A DNA stretch of 64,000 bases from positions 63,550,001-63,614,000 of the forward strand of contig NC_042997.1 in the NCBI RefSeq assembly GCF_006345805.1, written 5' to 3'. The notes below the pieces were generated by a model. It saw only the letters and a list, made by a program, of their open reading frames with translations. It was not told where the DNA came from and made no database searches. The stretch is from Octopus sinensis. Lineage: Eukaryota. Below are positions 39,350-53,719 of this stretch, one piece after another; position 1 is the first letter of the stretch, and every line of letters starts with the position of its first letter. The translations under genes and the position numbers were made by a program.

Positions 39350-39495
39350 GCTCACTTGGTATCTATTGTCTAGACTCGAAAACTACAAAGACAAAGTCCA
39401 CATGGGTGTAAGTTTGAACTCAGAACGTAAAGACGGACAAAACGACGCTAAGCATTTTTCTCGGCGTGCTAACGGTTCTGTCAGTTCGTCGTCTT
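39350..39495 (-). mobile_element. Degenerate Meta-like SINE
   Basis: TTTGAACTCAGAACGTAAAGACGG..GCTAAGCATTT..GGCGTGCTAACG, as in the 36649 copy. Confidence 0.7.
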
Positions 39496-39847
39496 CATAT
39501 CTGCTATAATATTAAAGCCATCAACGATGGTCATTATGAAAATGATCGAAGTTGTTTCCATTAATATCATCGCCTTTACACCAAACACTGCTAAAAATTT
39601 ATTCATGATAAAAATTGTGGGATGCCAGAAGCGTTATTGCATCGGAGAAAATGACAAGTGGTATTTCCTCCATGCCTACGATCTCAGTTCAAATGGAGCA
39701 AGCTGAGTTTTACCGTTATTCCTTTCGCGGTGTGATAAATTAATTGTGATTTTAGCACTGATGTTGATGTAATCGACTAACCATTTTCCCGAAAATTTCA
39801 GGCCTTGTGTCTGTAATAGAAAAGTATTATCTCTATCGTCATTAAAG

Positions 39848-40060
39848 CAACGAGCTGGCAGAATCAAAATCGCGCAGCACAAGGTGTTTATCGACATTTA
39901 TTTCGGTCCTTTACGTTCTTTGTTCAAATGCTGCCGAGTACGACTTTGCCTTTCATCGTTTTGTGGTCAATGAAATAAGTACTATTTGAGCAGTTAAGTG
40001 ATGTAATCGGCTTAACCCTTCTCACAAAATTTCTGGCCTTGTTCCGAAATTTGAAGCAAT
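39848..40060 (+). mobile_element. Degenerate Meta-like SINE
   Basis: CGAGCTGGCAGAATC...GTTCAAATG..CGACTTTGCCTTTCATC. Confidence 0.7.
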
Positions 40061-40979
40061 TTTGATCATTATTACTAACTTTAAGGTATACATGGTTACA
40101 TAATTTGTTGGAAATATCAATTCATTTTTCTCATATTACAGAGAAAAACCACTGTAAACAAAATGCCAGACCCACTTTGACCCTAGATCTGCTTCATTTT
40201 GACTGAGCTGGGACTGATCAAAACATAATTCCTCAATCACGAACCAACATGAAATTCTTTATATAGTTACACAACCTGCTAAGCACAACAGCCAAATCAA
40301 GACGAATTTAAGGTTAGATACTTCTCGTGGGGTTAAAACAGGTGATAGTCGCATCTGGAACATCCCTGCTTAGTGGTCATTCAATCAATATTGGCTCTTC
40401 CTAAATAACAACAGCTAAGTCCATCTTACAGTTGTAAGTATATTAATATCAAGATCGATATTACTCTACCTCGTATTTACACCTCATCCACTCAAGGTTG
40501 ATAAAACAAGCACCAATCATGTGGTGGATTCGAAATAATGGACATTCTTTGAATGGGGCGTCACTATGACTACGGATTTAAATCTCTATAACCCATTAAA
40601 AATTATACGATAATGAGAGATTATGATTTCCTCTTGATAATCGTTTGCATGTTTCTAATATTACTAACTACTTAATGCATCAGACAAGATTAGCTTAGAT
40701 TGACAATTTAATCCAGATGAGTCGAGAAAAAGATTACTTTGTAAATAGTGACTCTTTTCATTTCAGCAAATTATTTTTCATTCTTCTAGTATTAGAGCAT
40801 GTCATATTGCTGGCTTAAGTGTACTGGAGTAGGGAACCGCCATACACAAAGAAAGACGTAGTCACATGCAAGTGCAATTCTTCACTCGATAGGATATTTT
40901 TAAACGTGCACATAAATTATATACATCTGTATTTATGGATACATTTATATACGCCCTTTTACATATATATATCTTCTTT

Positions 40980-41014
<35 letters not shown>

Positions 41015-41024
41015 ATATATATAT

Positions 41025-41130
41025 ATATTACATTTTATAAAGGGCTTAGTAAAATAAATTACTTTGCCACATACTGAACAGTATGTGGCAAAGTAATTTA
41101 TTTTACTAAGCCCTTTATAAAATGTAATAT
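41025..41130. repeat. Perfect hairpin (52-bp arms, 2-nt loop)
   Basis: 41025-41076 is the exact reverse complement of 41079-41130. Confidence 0.95.
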
Positions 41131-42128
41131 TTGAATTCGCCTTAAATGGTCCCTTTACATACTGAATACTTGGTGAAATTGATTAATAATTAATTAATTT
41201 TACTCTCAATTGTTGAAATTATATATATATATATATATATAGATATATATATATATATATATATTATTATATATATATATATAATATATATATATATAAT
41301 ATTATATATATATATATATATATAATATATATATTATATTATATATATATATATATAAATATATAAGTTCAGCAAACAATTTAGATTCAAATGAATATGG
41401 TACTTAATTTAGATGCACCAGAATATTTTTATATTTTTTCTCACCACATAAAAATAGATAGCTTTCTGTTCTAGTGATAACCTTGATTTCCCTTAATGTA
41501 TTTTCTCTGCAACTAACTTAAACCCCTTTTACACCTTTCTTTTATATCCCCTTACCTAAATTCCTACTAAAAATTCTGGTGGCTTTCAGTTGAAAGTAAG
41601 GTCTGGTCAGTTTGATAGCTGACGTCCTACTTCACAGTCTCCTAAGAATTTAGTGTTTCTTCTACACTGACCTAAATATTCTGTCACCACATAAATAGAT
41701 TGACCCTTTGTTCTAGTGACAATCTGTTTGTCTTTTACATCTCCTGAATTTTCCCCTTCTTTTCTTCATCTAACTTGATGTTTTAACCTGCCCTTACCCC
41801 CATTCCAATAACTAAGGAAATTTTCTTACAACAGTTAGTTGTGAACTTAGTTTTGGTCTGATAGGCATCCTAACTACACTACCTCATGTTCCTGAGATTC
41901 ATATTTACATATTTATCTGTTTTTGTACCTTCCCTAAGATGTTACTAATTGATCTGAGAACTTTATATTATTGGAAAACCTATATAAAATTAGCTGAAGA
42001 TTACTCGACATATTAAATCTGGTGTAATATTTACAGCTTTTAATAAAATGTTGTAGTATGAAACAATTGTACTAAATTACCGGATTCATTCTTGTTGCTT
42101 ATTTTTGTATATATATATATATATATAG

Positions 42129-42197
<69 letters not shown>

Positions 42198-42252
42198 ATA
42201 TATACACATGTATATATATATATAAACATGCTAATATATATATCTATATCTA

Positions 42253-42304
<52 letters not shown>

Positions 42305-42448
42305 TCTCTATCTCTATTTCTCTACCTATATCTATTTATCAATCCACCATAAGTCGTTTTGGGGATTAGTCTGTCAGCTCCCTTCTCAGTAACTTTATAT
42401 ATATAGATGCACACACATATGTATACGCATTTGTGTGTGCATGTATCA

Positions 42449-42557
<109 letters not shown>

Positions 42558-42714
42558 ATCAACTGACAGGATACATGTAGGTTTTGGAAGACATTCGTAT
42601 ATAGCATTTATGTCTACCATCTATTTTGTGTAAGCGCTTTCGTTTTTCAAACTTTTCAAACTCACGTGTTCCATGTAATGCATCAAGAGAAAGTTCTCTT
42701 TTTTTTGTAATGCT

Positions 42715-43960
42715 TTTAATTATTCAAGTTTAGTTACAGATTTAGAAAGCTTATAAAGTATTCTTCTTCTGCTTTCCGTACTTATTTTCATCTTTTATTT
42801 TGTAAAAGTGTAACATTGAAAATTTTCCATTTGCACAAATGTCTAGTTGTTTACTACAGGGAGTATTTCTAAGAGATGAATCTTCAATTTGTTGTTTATG
42901 CACATTTACAAGATTGATTACTTGTATCCCTGTCTCTCCGATTTAATTTTTATTGCATTATGGGCTTGTGATGTTGTAGAAGAGACCTCTTTGTTTTGCA
43001 ATTCATGTTTGCATTCACTTTCACTTGCTTCTCATCCTTGAATCTTTTGCAAGCTTGCCCAATTATTTCACGTGTTTCACAACGAGCGTCTTCACAGTTT
43101 GTAATTTGTATTATTTCTTTCTCCAATGAGAATTTCGCCTTTGTTATATGTCTCTTGATATTCGTTGTCTGTTTTAGGTTGTTGATGATTTATTGCTTTA
43201 ATTCTTTGTCTAATCGAGATTTAATGATTCATGCAAAATGATGAGGTATCATTTGGCTGAATGTATGTTGTGGTTCTCAGGATTGTGGTTGACTACAAAT
43301 GGAATATGTATATTTGTTTTTTCGTATTCACTCTTAGGATGAGTGTTTCTCTAGAAGATATAGATCAGGATTTATTTTGCTTTTATTATGGTGTAATTTA
43401 TTAACTTCTGGAAATATTTCTGGTTTTGAAAGAACATATTTAATTCTATCAAGAGTTTCTCCTGTCTATTAGTTCTACTAGTATTTGTAACCATTGAACA
43501 TATAGGCCACGCTCCTCTCTTGTCTGGGTAAAGTAACAAGATCTTAAATCTAAATACTGGTGTGAGCATGTGTCATTCTTGTAGTGAGTGGCTTTAATTG
43601 TATGATTTTCTTTAATTATTAGAATATCCAGAAAATGGAGTGCCTATTCATTTATATCTATAGTGAATTGGATCGAGTCATTAATGTTTATTAATTTCCA
43701 GAAACTTGTAAGGTTCTCTTTACTTTTGTTCCGAAATATGAAGCAGTCATCCAAAGAATCTTTTGATCATCTTTCCAAATATGTTTGAAAATGATGACCA
43801 AATGTATTTCTGGAAAGTGTATAAATTTTTGCTTTCTGATATCCCATTATTAGTGTCGAAAAAGTTAATGCGACTTTCATCACCATTCTCATACTTGTAG
43901 ATAACATTGGATATCAAAGTAGTTGTTTTCCAGTATTGTCTATCCAAGTAGATACCGAGG
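42715..43960 (-). mobile_element. Decayed Penelope-like element (RT plus GIY-YIG endonuclease)
   Basis: Across frameshifts the minus strand reads TLIMGYQ, LDDCFIF, IQFTID, FLDILIIKE, HQYLDLRSC, then IGETG..VHKQQI..TPCSKQLDIC..AEEEYFI. This is the Penelope RT/GIY-YIG order. Confidence 0.75.
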
Positions 43961-44373
43961 AAAACAACAGTGCATATTAAAGCTTGGACTGAGTATAAAC
44001 CACTCGTTTCAGCTTTCATTAGGAATTTACCTACGTTCATTTTATATTTGTCTTCTAATTCAATAATGTAAGCCTATTCTTTTTAGCACCTGATTTATGC
44101 AGCACTGCAACATATGAATTTGCGTCTTAGAAAAGTACAAAGAAGCAAATGCTGATGGATTTGGAATGAAATAAAGGAACAAATAGACATTTTGAACCTC
44201 ATTCCCTGTTACCGAAGACCTTGCAGCTAAGTAATAGGATAATGATACATTTGGGCAGAAAATATTGTAATATGAGAATTTTTCATATGGCGATATAAAT
44301 ACACACATAACGTGTTATTGCACGCATTGACTATATATAAACATGTGTGCTATTATCGATATGCTATTGTTCA

Positions 44374-44406
<33 letters not shown>

Positions 44407-44461
44407 ACTACATACATACATATATATATAATACATATACATATGTGTGTATGTATATTAT

Positions 44462-44508
<47 letters not shown>

Positions 44509-45698
44509 CAGACAGAGGGAGAGAATGTGTGAGTGAGATATTGCGAGTTGTAGAAATAGTAGGCATATATATTGGTTTGATACCGCTATCACCCCTTGGG
44601 GACCTTGTGTGGATTTCTTTAGAAATATGACAATTATGTGGTGCAACAAAGAAGTGTTAATGGGTTGACACAATAGCACAATAATAATTGTCTCATGTAA
44701 AAGCCAACAAACAGTTATGGACGGATTGATATTCTCTTTGTGTTTGTTGTTCAATTGTGCGGCAACAGAGAAGGCATTATTTACGCTTCTCATGTATTCT
44801 TCACATGATGAATATTATTCTTAAATATTGATTTTGATCATTTTGTGTAATGGTCATATTCTAATACGACGAACAGTGTATTATGAATAAATTGTTTCAG
44901 CACGAAGTTGATTACTGGTATTTTATTCCATCAATCACAGCCAAACATGCATAGACTGAGTATATTGTTAGAAAATCCAGCAGCTGATTAATTGAAGAAT
45001 CGGTAGAATGCTCCTAAATAAACTATTTCACTGTAGTTCGTTATCCTATGTAATTTATAATCAAATTAGTATTTAATTGCTTCGAAGGGGTAAAAGAAAA
45101 CAAGTTATAACAAGGGAGAGATAGAGAGGGGGAGGGATGAGAGAGAGGGGGAGAGTATTTGTAACGACGTACAATTATACCACTTTCTCAAAATTATGGT
45201 GTGTACGTAAGATAAAAATCGATATTTTTAAACAATTCCACATCGTATTTAATATGGGATAGGATTAGGAACTAAGCACACACAAGAGCCATAAAAGCAT
45301 ACAATGGAATGGATTCCCATTGGCTGTATAATGGGTATTAATCTTAAAACAAGGTACATGAAAGAAAGGTCAGTTTTAAATGTATGGCATTCTCAAGAGC
45401 ATTAGGATTTTCTCTAACATTCTCTTACTTATGTGAATTTATGTAAACCACTAAACATTATCAATATTAGTGTAGGGAAGAGCATTATATACATGGTTGA
45501 AATTTACAGAAAAAACAAGAGACGAAAGAACGTATATGAACAACAAGCAGGTGTATAAGTTTGACGCTCAGGAAAAGGAGAAAGTCTTTATATATATATA
45601 TATATATATACTGCTAATATAGGATGAAGGTTTTTACCAAGAAATTTCACGAAGAAAGTGGCAACATATTAAAATACCTTTAAAGGTTAAAATTATAA

Positions 45699-45785
45699 AC
45701 AACTTATAAACAAGAGCAAAATAAAATTCCTTCTATGCCATATTGGCATAGAAATAATTTTCGTTTGCCCTTGTTTATAAGTTGT
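45699..45785. repeat. Imperfect hairpin (~42-bp arms)
   Basis: ACAACTTATAAACAAG...CTATGCCA tat TGGCATAG...CTTGTTTATAAGTTGT. Confidence 0.85.
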
Positions 45786-45807
45786 ATGAATATATATATA
45801 TATATTT

Positions 45808-46026
45808 TTCTGTACTTGTTTCAGTCATTTGACTGCGGCCATGCTGGAGCACCGCCTTTTAGAGTGGTGAAAGAGTACAGCAGGGATCACCACCTCCTGC
45901 CGGAGCCTCGTGGAGCTTTTAGGTGTTTTCGCTCAATAAACACACACAACGCCCGGTCTGGGAATCGAAACCGCGATCCTCCGACCGCAAGTCCGCTGCC
46001 CTAACCACTAGGCCATTGCGCCTCCA
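45808..46026 (-). mobile_element. Well-preserved tRNA-derived SINE with RTE-like tail
   Basis: Head GGAGGCGCAATGGCCTAGTGGTTAGG...TTTCGATTCC; tail GGCGGTGCTCCAGCATGGCCGCAGTCAAATGACTGAAACAAGT, also seen near 23070, 24460, 49800 and 52990. Confidence 0.85.
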
Positions 46027-46038
46027 TATATATATATA

Positions 46039-46862
46039 TTATTTACCATTTTTATTGTATATATATATATATACAATAAAAATGGTAAATAATTTTTCAG
46101 TGGTTTTTCATACAACCAACAATTATTTACCGGTAAATTTCGGTATGTAAATATGACAATTTCAGCGTCAGGAACTTCTGTAAAGTTCAGTATATAGTAA
46201 AAATAATTAAAAGGACGGGCAACAGGCTGCTTCGCCGCATACCGAAGGAATTAGAAATGGCGGTCAAAGACTGTTTTTTTCCATTTTCTACAAGTGGAGG
46301 TTCCATATACGACAAACCCTGCGATTCACATACGCAAAATCGGAGTAGCAAATAAACGAAAACAATCTCTTATCGTCAATGGTGAACATGTTTCTAGATC
46401 ACAGGCTAGAAATTGCCTGATTTCCTTCGTCAACACCATACTCGATAGATTTACCAAATGCCACAAGCCTTCACCTCTGACCAAGCGCCATCAGATAGTG
46501 GGGGGAGGTATGCAGATGTTAAAACTAAGTAATGACTGGGACCGTAAATTTTCCCTCCAAAATTCTGCTATGCGCGCCGCCTGGGTGATCGCAATGGAAT
46601 AAGAAATCCACATGGTAATACAATAAAAATGGTAAATAATTTTTGAGTGGTTTTTCATATAACCAACAATTATTTACCGGTAAATTTCGGTATGTAAATA
46701 TGACAATTTCAGCGTCAGGAACTTCTGTAAAGTTCAGTATATAGTAAAAATAATTAAAAGGGCGGGCAACAGGCTGCTTCGCCGCATACCGAAGGAATTA
46801 GAAATGGCAGTCAAAGACTGAAAATTTACGGTCCCAGTCATTACTTAGTTTTAACATCTGCA
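46039..46862. repeat. 203-bp direct repeats (46071-46273, 46618-46820) with inverted appendages, pLTR-like
   Basis: The direct repeats are near-identical. 46039-46060 inverts their start and 46820-46862 inverts 46511-46553. Confidence 0.85.
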
Positions 46863-47690
46863 CACCATACAGAACGATGAACAAAAGGTATAGAGATACG
46901 AGTAAAGCCGTAAAATGCGACAACCGGTGCAGTCTTCGTGGAGTCCATACAGACGCTATCACCCACATCTTAAGCAGTTGTCCGAAAATGTCAACACGTT
47001 GTTATCTACCGATGAAACATTACGTTGTAGCTAGGACACTCTATAATATGATCCGTCGGAAGGTTAACCCCGAGGACTAATATAATCCCAGAATATGGTA
47101 GAATGAAAAGGAAAACTGATGGAATGTACCAATGAAGACTTCAATAAAATGTAAGCAAAACAGATCTGATATAAGGATTTTGGTTAGAGAACAGAAACTG
47201 TGCACAGTTGTGGAAATTACCTGCCCAGCGGTTGTTTGCATAAAGCTGAAGCTCAGTGAAAAAAGATAAGACCTATGCTGAAATATTGAGATATCTGCAG
47301 TTACTCTATCCAGATTACAAGTTCATGGAGCCCTGGGATATTTAACACACTGCATACATATCAATCTTGAGAAAATATTCTTCTCAAACCCAGAAAGGAG
47401 GAAGCTAATTCGCAGACTACAGATCCAGTCCATCACTGGAACATTAAAAATCTGCAAAACTTTCGATAACTTTATGATTTACATATATATATGAGCATGT
47501 CTGGATATGTAACTATATGCATGAGCATACATAAGACATAAAAATCTGCACACATATACATACATACATACATACATGCAAACAAACAAAAATACCCTGA
47601 TGTTGATGTTGAAATTCCAAGGAACCTTGGATCTAGATTAGAAACTAGTTCTTTCACTATTGGCAAGGAATCTTGAAATAAACTGAATAA
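46863..47690 (+). mobile_element. Decayed 3' part of a Dong/R4-like LINE
   Basis: CSLRGVHTDAITHILSSCPKMS..PMKHYVVA, NRSDIRI..VVEITCP; the 3' UTR ends AATAATGA. Confidence 0.75.
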
Positions 47691-47740
47691 TGACATACAC
47701 ACACACACACACACCTACATAACATATATAATATATATAT

Positions 47741-47772
<32 letters not shown>

Positions 47773-48942
47773 ATATATATATATATATATTTGTTTTGCA
47801 AATTCCTTGATGTAAATTCATGTGTACAGTCAGATATTCTTATATTTCTGGCTGGTCATTTTGCCAATAAATACACGCAATATTCATTTATTAGATAAAG
47901 AAATAGATTATTTATTTGATTATGACTTTAGCTTTATTATCATTAGTTATTGTTTAATTATCAGAAAGACACGATGGAATAGATAAGACACGATCAGAGA
48001 GAAGAGGGGACAGGAAGAACAGGCTAATATCGAAGAGGTCAAAAATGTTTACGAAAGAAGTTTGACAAATAAGCAATAACCGATAATGAATCTAAAGTGA
48101 AGATGAAATAAATAGTGCGTATGTTTATTAGGCCAAATGGCCATCTCCAAATGTAACAATAAAACTATGTCATGAGTTGATTTGGGCAAGTTATCCAAGT
48201 GGGTACTGTACGAGCACTCAGTTATAATCCAGGTTCAAATTAACCTCATCGAGTTGGAAGGAGCACCTAAAATTACATAGGGTAAATAGTCCAACTGTAA
48301 TTCATCCGATGGGTAAATCGGCTGGTTATAAATGTTTTACTAAATGTATATTCAAGACAATTACAATGAATACGGTAATTCGTACATCATTTTTTTTTTA
48401 AGAATATGCAGATGTACCTAATCCCTGTATTCATTGGCATCGCCGAGGTTTGAATACGCAAATTGATATTAGAAAGACTTAATGACATTTTCTAAGAGTC
48501 TCTACACAATTAATCATAACTACACACAAACACATGCACACGCAGATGCACATATTTATGCGACGAAACTAACAAGAACGTCTATAGTAAATATAAAAAT
48601 AGAACAGAACTGTAATATTTTGAAAAATCATGAATACACAGTCACGGTATCATATTTTATCCACCAACTTGAGTGACAAATTCCTCAGTAATTGTAAGTG
48701 CGTATTTGCTGTATTTCTCTTATCGCAATTTACCAAGTACGATAATAACAATCTTAAAATTCTGATTTTTAAATAAACTATGGTGCATTTTTCTGGTGTG
48801 AAGTATATAAAGTTTTCAGATGCAGTACTTTCTGCAGCAGTGTTCCCAGGTCTTTTTCATTTGCAGCAAACAATTTCAGGTCATTTATTTTCACAATATG
48901 TTTATTTGCCTTAACATCACATCAGTGCGTCAGCCATGTGTC

Positions 48943-48978
48943 TTTATTATTATTATTATTATCATCATCATCATCATT

Positions 48979-49034
<56 letters not shown>

Positions 49035-49068
49035 TATTATTATTATTATTATTATTGTTGTTGTTATA
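48943..49068. repeat. (TTA)n/(TCA)n microsatellite
   Basis: Seen directly in the sequence. Confidence 0.95.
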
Positions 49069-49490
49069 AACATCATTTAACCACTGAGATCGATGAAATT
49101 GACTTACCGCATCCCTGGAAATTTCTGCCCTTGTGCCAAAATTTGAAACTATAATTAGTATTGTTGTCGTCATCATCATCGTCATTCTATTTACTCAGCT
49201 GTTATGCGAATTATTCACACGCCCATTCACTGCACTTCTGTGTTCCTGATGCATGCGTACATATATCTATAACATGTCTTGAAATTGTGCGCTATGTTGG
49301 GGTATTTAAAGTTGTATTTACTTTATAAGAAAATTATATAATACTTTGATGTAGATAAATAATATACTGTTATATCTATTCCTGAATTTAAAATAGTTTG
49401 AATAGAAAATATACTTTGCCTAATGATATCTATAAATTTTGCTTGAGAATATTATCCTTGGTTTAATTTTTTAAATATTTTCTGGATTTT

Positions 49491-49860
49491 AGGTGTGGAT
49501 GTGTGGTAAGAAGTTTGCTTCCCAACTACATGATTCCGGGTTCAGCTCTGTTGCATGTCACTTTCTGCGAGTGACATCTATATCCTAGGGCGGACTAAAG
49601 CCTTATGAGTGGATTTGGTTGACCGAAACTAAAAGTCGTGTGTGTATGTATGCCTGTGTGTCTGTGGTTGTCCCACCCACTGCTTGAAAACTGGTTTTGT
49701 TGTGTTCACGTCCCCGTAACTTAACGGTTCAGTGACCAATAGGTTATGTACCAGGCGTAAAAATGTACAGAAGTAAATTCATTCAGCTGAAAACGCTTCA
49801 AGGTGATGCCTCAGCATGGCCTCAGTCTAATGACTAAAACAAGTAGTAAATAAAAGATAA
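49491..49860 (+). mobile_element. Near full-length decayed SINE with tRNA-like head and RTE-like tail
   Basis: GTGTGGTAAGAAGTTTGCTTCCCAAC..GGGTTCAG through CAGCATGGCCTCAGTCTAATGACTAAAACAAGT. Confidence 0.8.
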
Positions 49861-50594
49861 AATGTTCTACAGCTCTTGTTGGTAGCATTGTTAATCTCGA
49901 ATCCTACATAATAACATCAGTTGCTCTTCCATTTTAATTAAAATCTCGTATAATCCATGACTTTCAACCGTGTTCATTAAAATAACATAACTATTAGTAT
50001 GAATATCGTGTGTTCGAGAATGGCTTCAGTCTTGTTTGCAACCAGGCAGAAAACAAAATTATCAAATATAAGAATTGGTGTATCCTTTAAAATTCATTTT
50101 CGGCTTTGGTGTGGTAGTATCTGTTTATTATAAAATGTATTTACTTACTTTTTTTGCAAGGACGAGGTCGCCGGAAAAATTGTGATTGATTTATGTCGTT
50201 ATATTGATTGTGTATATAAAACTGATACTAGCTTTTTATTTTGATATTTTATTTGTGGCATAGAAATTTGTCGTGTGCAACTAATATCAGATCTGTACTT
50301 ATTTCAGAGTTTAATTAGCATTGTTGGCTTCTATATTGGCTCACTTCCTTTCTGATCAGTGATGCAGGAGGGGCTTGGAGGAACTTTTCTCTGTATTTTA
50401 TGCTTTTGTTATCTTTTCACTTTAATTTTATCTATTGATTTTCTGTAACACTTCCATCCTTTAGTTCTCTACTAAACATTTTTCTGCAGTGTAATTAGGT
50501 TTTACGTTTTATGTTGTACTGTGTTACAGGTAAATATTATTATTTTAGTGTTAGTGTTGCATCATTATTAATATTAATATTAGTTGTAAGATTT

Positions 50595-51015
50595 AGGTGG
50601 CGGTTGACAGAGTTGTTATCACGCCGGACAAAATACATAGCGACATTTCGTTTGCCTTCCTGTTTTGAGTTCAAATTCCAAGGTGGTCGTATTTGCCTTT
50701 TATCCTTTCGGGTTCCCTAAAATAAGTATTGGTTTGAGCAATGGAGTCGATTTAATCGACTAACCCAGTTCCGCTAAATTGCTGGTATTGTGCCAAACTT
50801 TGAAATCAATATTAGTTATTGCATTAAGGCGGGGAGTTGGCATAATCGTTAGCAAGCAGGACAAAATACATAGCGATGTTTCTTCCGCCTTTAAGTTTTG
50901 AGTTCTAATTCTTCCGATGTTAGTATTGCCTTTCGGGGTCGTGAAAATTAGTAGATGTAATCGACGTACCTACTCCTCTGAAGTTGTTGACCTTGCCCAA
51001 AATTTGAAGCCAATA
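50595..51015 (+). mobile_element. Two tandem degenerate Meta-like SINEs
   Basis: Two successive head-GAGTTC(A/T)AATT-TTGCCTTT units starting at about 50595 and 50826. Confidence 0.7.
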
Positions 51016-53656
51016 TAAATTATACCATTTAAGCAGTTTCATGCTTGATTCTACGGCATTGTTTGTCATTTTTCTTGTGTTGGAGTATGATGATTTTGTA
51101 GGAGCTGTAGTTGATTTTCATTGTACAAATTGCTTCCATATGATTTGAGTCATCCTTTTTTTGTTTGCTTCCTTATTACTTCAAATAGTTTCGTGCAATT
51201 ATTTTAAATCTTACTTTATTTCGTGGTAGTTTATTATTTGTATGAATCAACGTCGTCTAACTATGAATATTCTATCTGTATTTACATTTCAAATGACGTT
51301 TCACAACTTCGTTGATATTTTTATCGGATGCTTTCCATTTTCGTACATGTGATATTCTTCCTAGTATTGAACTCATTCTATATGAATCCATTTCTTCTGT
51401 AAAATTTTTTTTCTAAAATACTTCGCCATTTCTGTGCTGATTCTTAACAGTTTATCTATTAGTAATTAATTGTATAGATGTTTCTAGTCCAATTCTTTGA
51501 TTTCGTTATCTGTATTAAATTTAATACACTCAATTTTCACTAATTTACATATACTAATGTTAGCATTTTGCATAATTCAGCACATCTTTTGAAATTGCCA
51601 TTTGAAATTACATTAATTTGGATATGTCTAAATTTACTTTGGACACTTCTTCATTTTTTTTTATCTAGCTGTTGGGTTTATTTGCTTCTATGACGTTATC
51701 CAAATGTTCCATAAGTTTTCTGTGTCGAGAATGTTGTATTAATTAATTATCTTAGCTGCTGTTTCTGCTTTTTCGGTGTTGTGTGGTTGGTGATATGAGT
51801 TTTCGTGTCCGATTTTAGTATAGAATATGTATCGTAGGTTTTGTATAGTAAATAGACTGCAGTTCTGTACAGTGTGAGTTGTGCTTGTAATACTGGATTA
51901 CAATTTTGGCACAAAGCCAGCAAGTTCCGTGGAGAGGTAAGTTGATTACATGGACCCCAGTGTCTTACTGATATTTATTTTATTTGTCGTTTAAAGCTCG
52001 AAAGCGTATTGTACTCATACCTCTTACCTTATTTCTAGCACCGAGTTGAGTTTTTAAAATTACCCTGCCTCCTCTATAGTATTCATTATTTTCTCCCTCA
52101 TATCCGTTTGTTATATATGAGTTTGATTTGTTTAGTCATTCTTTCCGGCTCTCCTTGTTCACTTGTGGATTGGGCAGGTGTTTACGTTGATTCGTTTTCA
52201 TTGATTTTCTAATGTTCTTTTCTATTTTATTTATTGTTCATGTTAGATTCTCATCACTGTTAACAGTTGTTGCTCTATTTTGATGTGTATTTATAAACTC
52301 ATTGTTGTCGGAAGTGGGTTTGCGAAAACAGTTTTGCTGAGGCAGTATATTTTGTTGCGTGTTTGTTTGAGATTATTTTTTTTACCTTCATCAACTCTTT
52401 TGTTATTTGCTCTTTTTTCTGTCTGTTTGTGATTCGATTCAGTGCTTTGTGTTTTAATATTTTCACTTTTTAAGGTCGTGGTCATTGTGCGGCTGTCTCT
52501 TGGGTATATATTTCTTTCGCTTGCGGAATATTATGTTTTCTATGAAGCGGATTATATTGCCCACCTTTCACTGAGTTATTGCGAGCGATTCTATTTATAT
52601 GTGTTTCTATATCTTCTTTTAGTTTTAAAACACATTCAACAGAATCTTTAGACCAAAATTACTACACGTTTTTTTTTTGGTATTTTATGTTCTGAATTCA
52701 ATTATTGCTGATGTCAACTTTGCCCTTCATAATGTCCAGTTCAATAAAGTGTGAGTCGAGTACAGGGGTCGATGTTGTTAGTTAAAGGTTCTTTTCAATA
52801 CTAGACTTGTACTTAAATGAGAAATAAATGAAATCCACAAGCGAGGTAGCATGTCATTTGCCTACTTTTAAACAATCCAGTTCATTGACAGGTTTCTCAA
52901 CATTCTCCCATATTTCTATAAAATAACCTTATCGATAAGCAAATAATCATTTGTTCCTCGTGATCCTTTTATCTTTTATATGTTTCTTCTTTCAGTCTTT
53001 AGACTACGACCATGTTGGAGCACCGCCTTGAAGAATTTTACTAGAATGGATCAATCTCAGAATGTTTTTTTAAGCCTAGGGCGTATTTTATCCCTTTTCT
53101 TTCCAGAACCGCTATATTACGGTGACGGAAACAAGCCAAAATAAGTTACTAAGCGGTACCGGTGTACAAACACACACGCGCATCCCCACTTACCACACAG
53201 AATTCATTTACAACGTATTCAGTCGCTTGAAACAAATCTCTGAGCTTGTTCACGAGGACTGCCTCCCAATTAACTATCTCACTCTCTCCAGTATTAAGTC
53301 ATTCATGAGTAAGGGTAAATTTCTCAGGCACCCCTGTGTCACTGAATTCTATTTGTTCAAAGTATATAACTTTCTCATTGTGTTTGAGAAAGAAAAAGAA
53401 AACAAGGAAGAAAGCACTTAGTCAAACAGGTTGGGTAAATGCGATGAAATTTACCTGTCTTTTTATTAATTAGAAATTTAGAAATTTAGAAATATATTTG
53501 TCCTCATGCATATTGTTTATTTACCTTCATGACAAGATACGTTAATCTTCGTGAGTTATTATCATTGATATTATATGAGTTCAAATTCCGCCGAATTCGA
53601 CTTTGCTTTTCATTCTTCAGAGGTCGATAAAATAAGAACCAGCTGAACACTCTCAC

Positions 53657-53709
<53 letters not shown>

Positions 53710-53719
53710 AATATTAATA

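Noticed and set aside
51020-52650. T-rich tract as an old L1/Tx1-like LINE on the minus strand
   Set aside because: Strand asymmetry and faint motif echoes only; too eroded to call.
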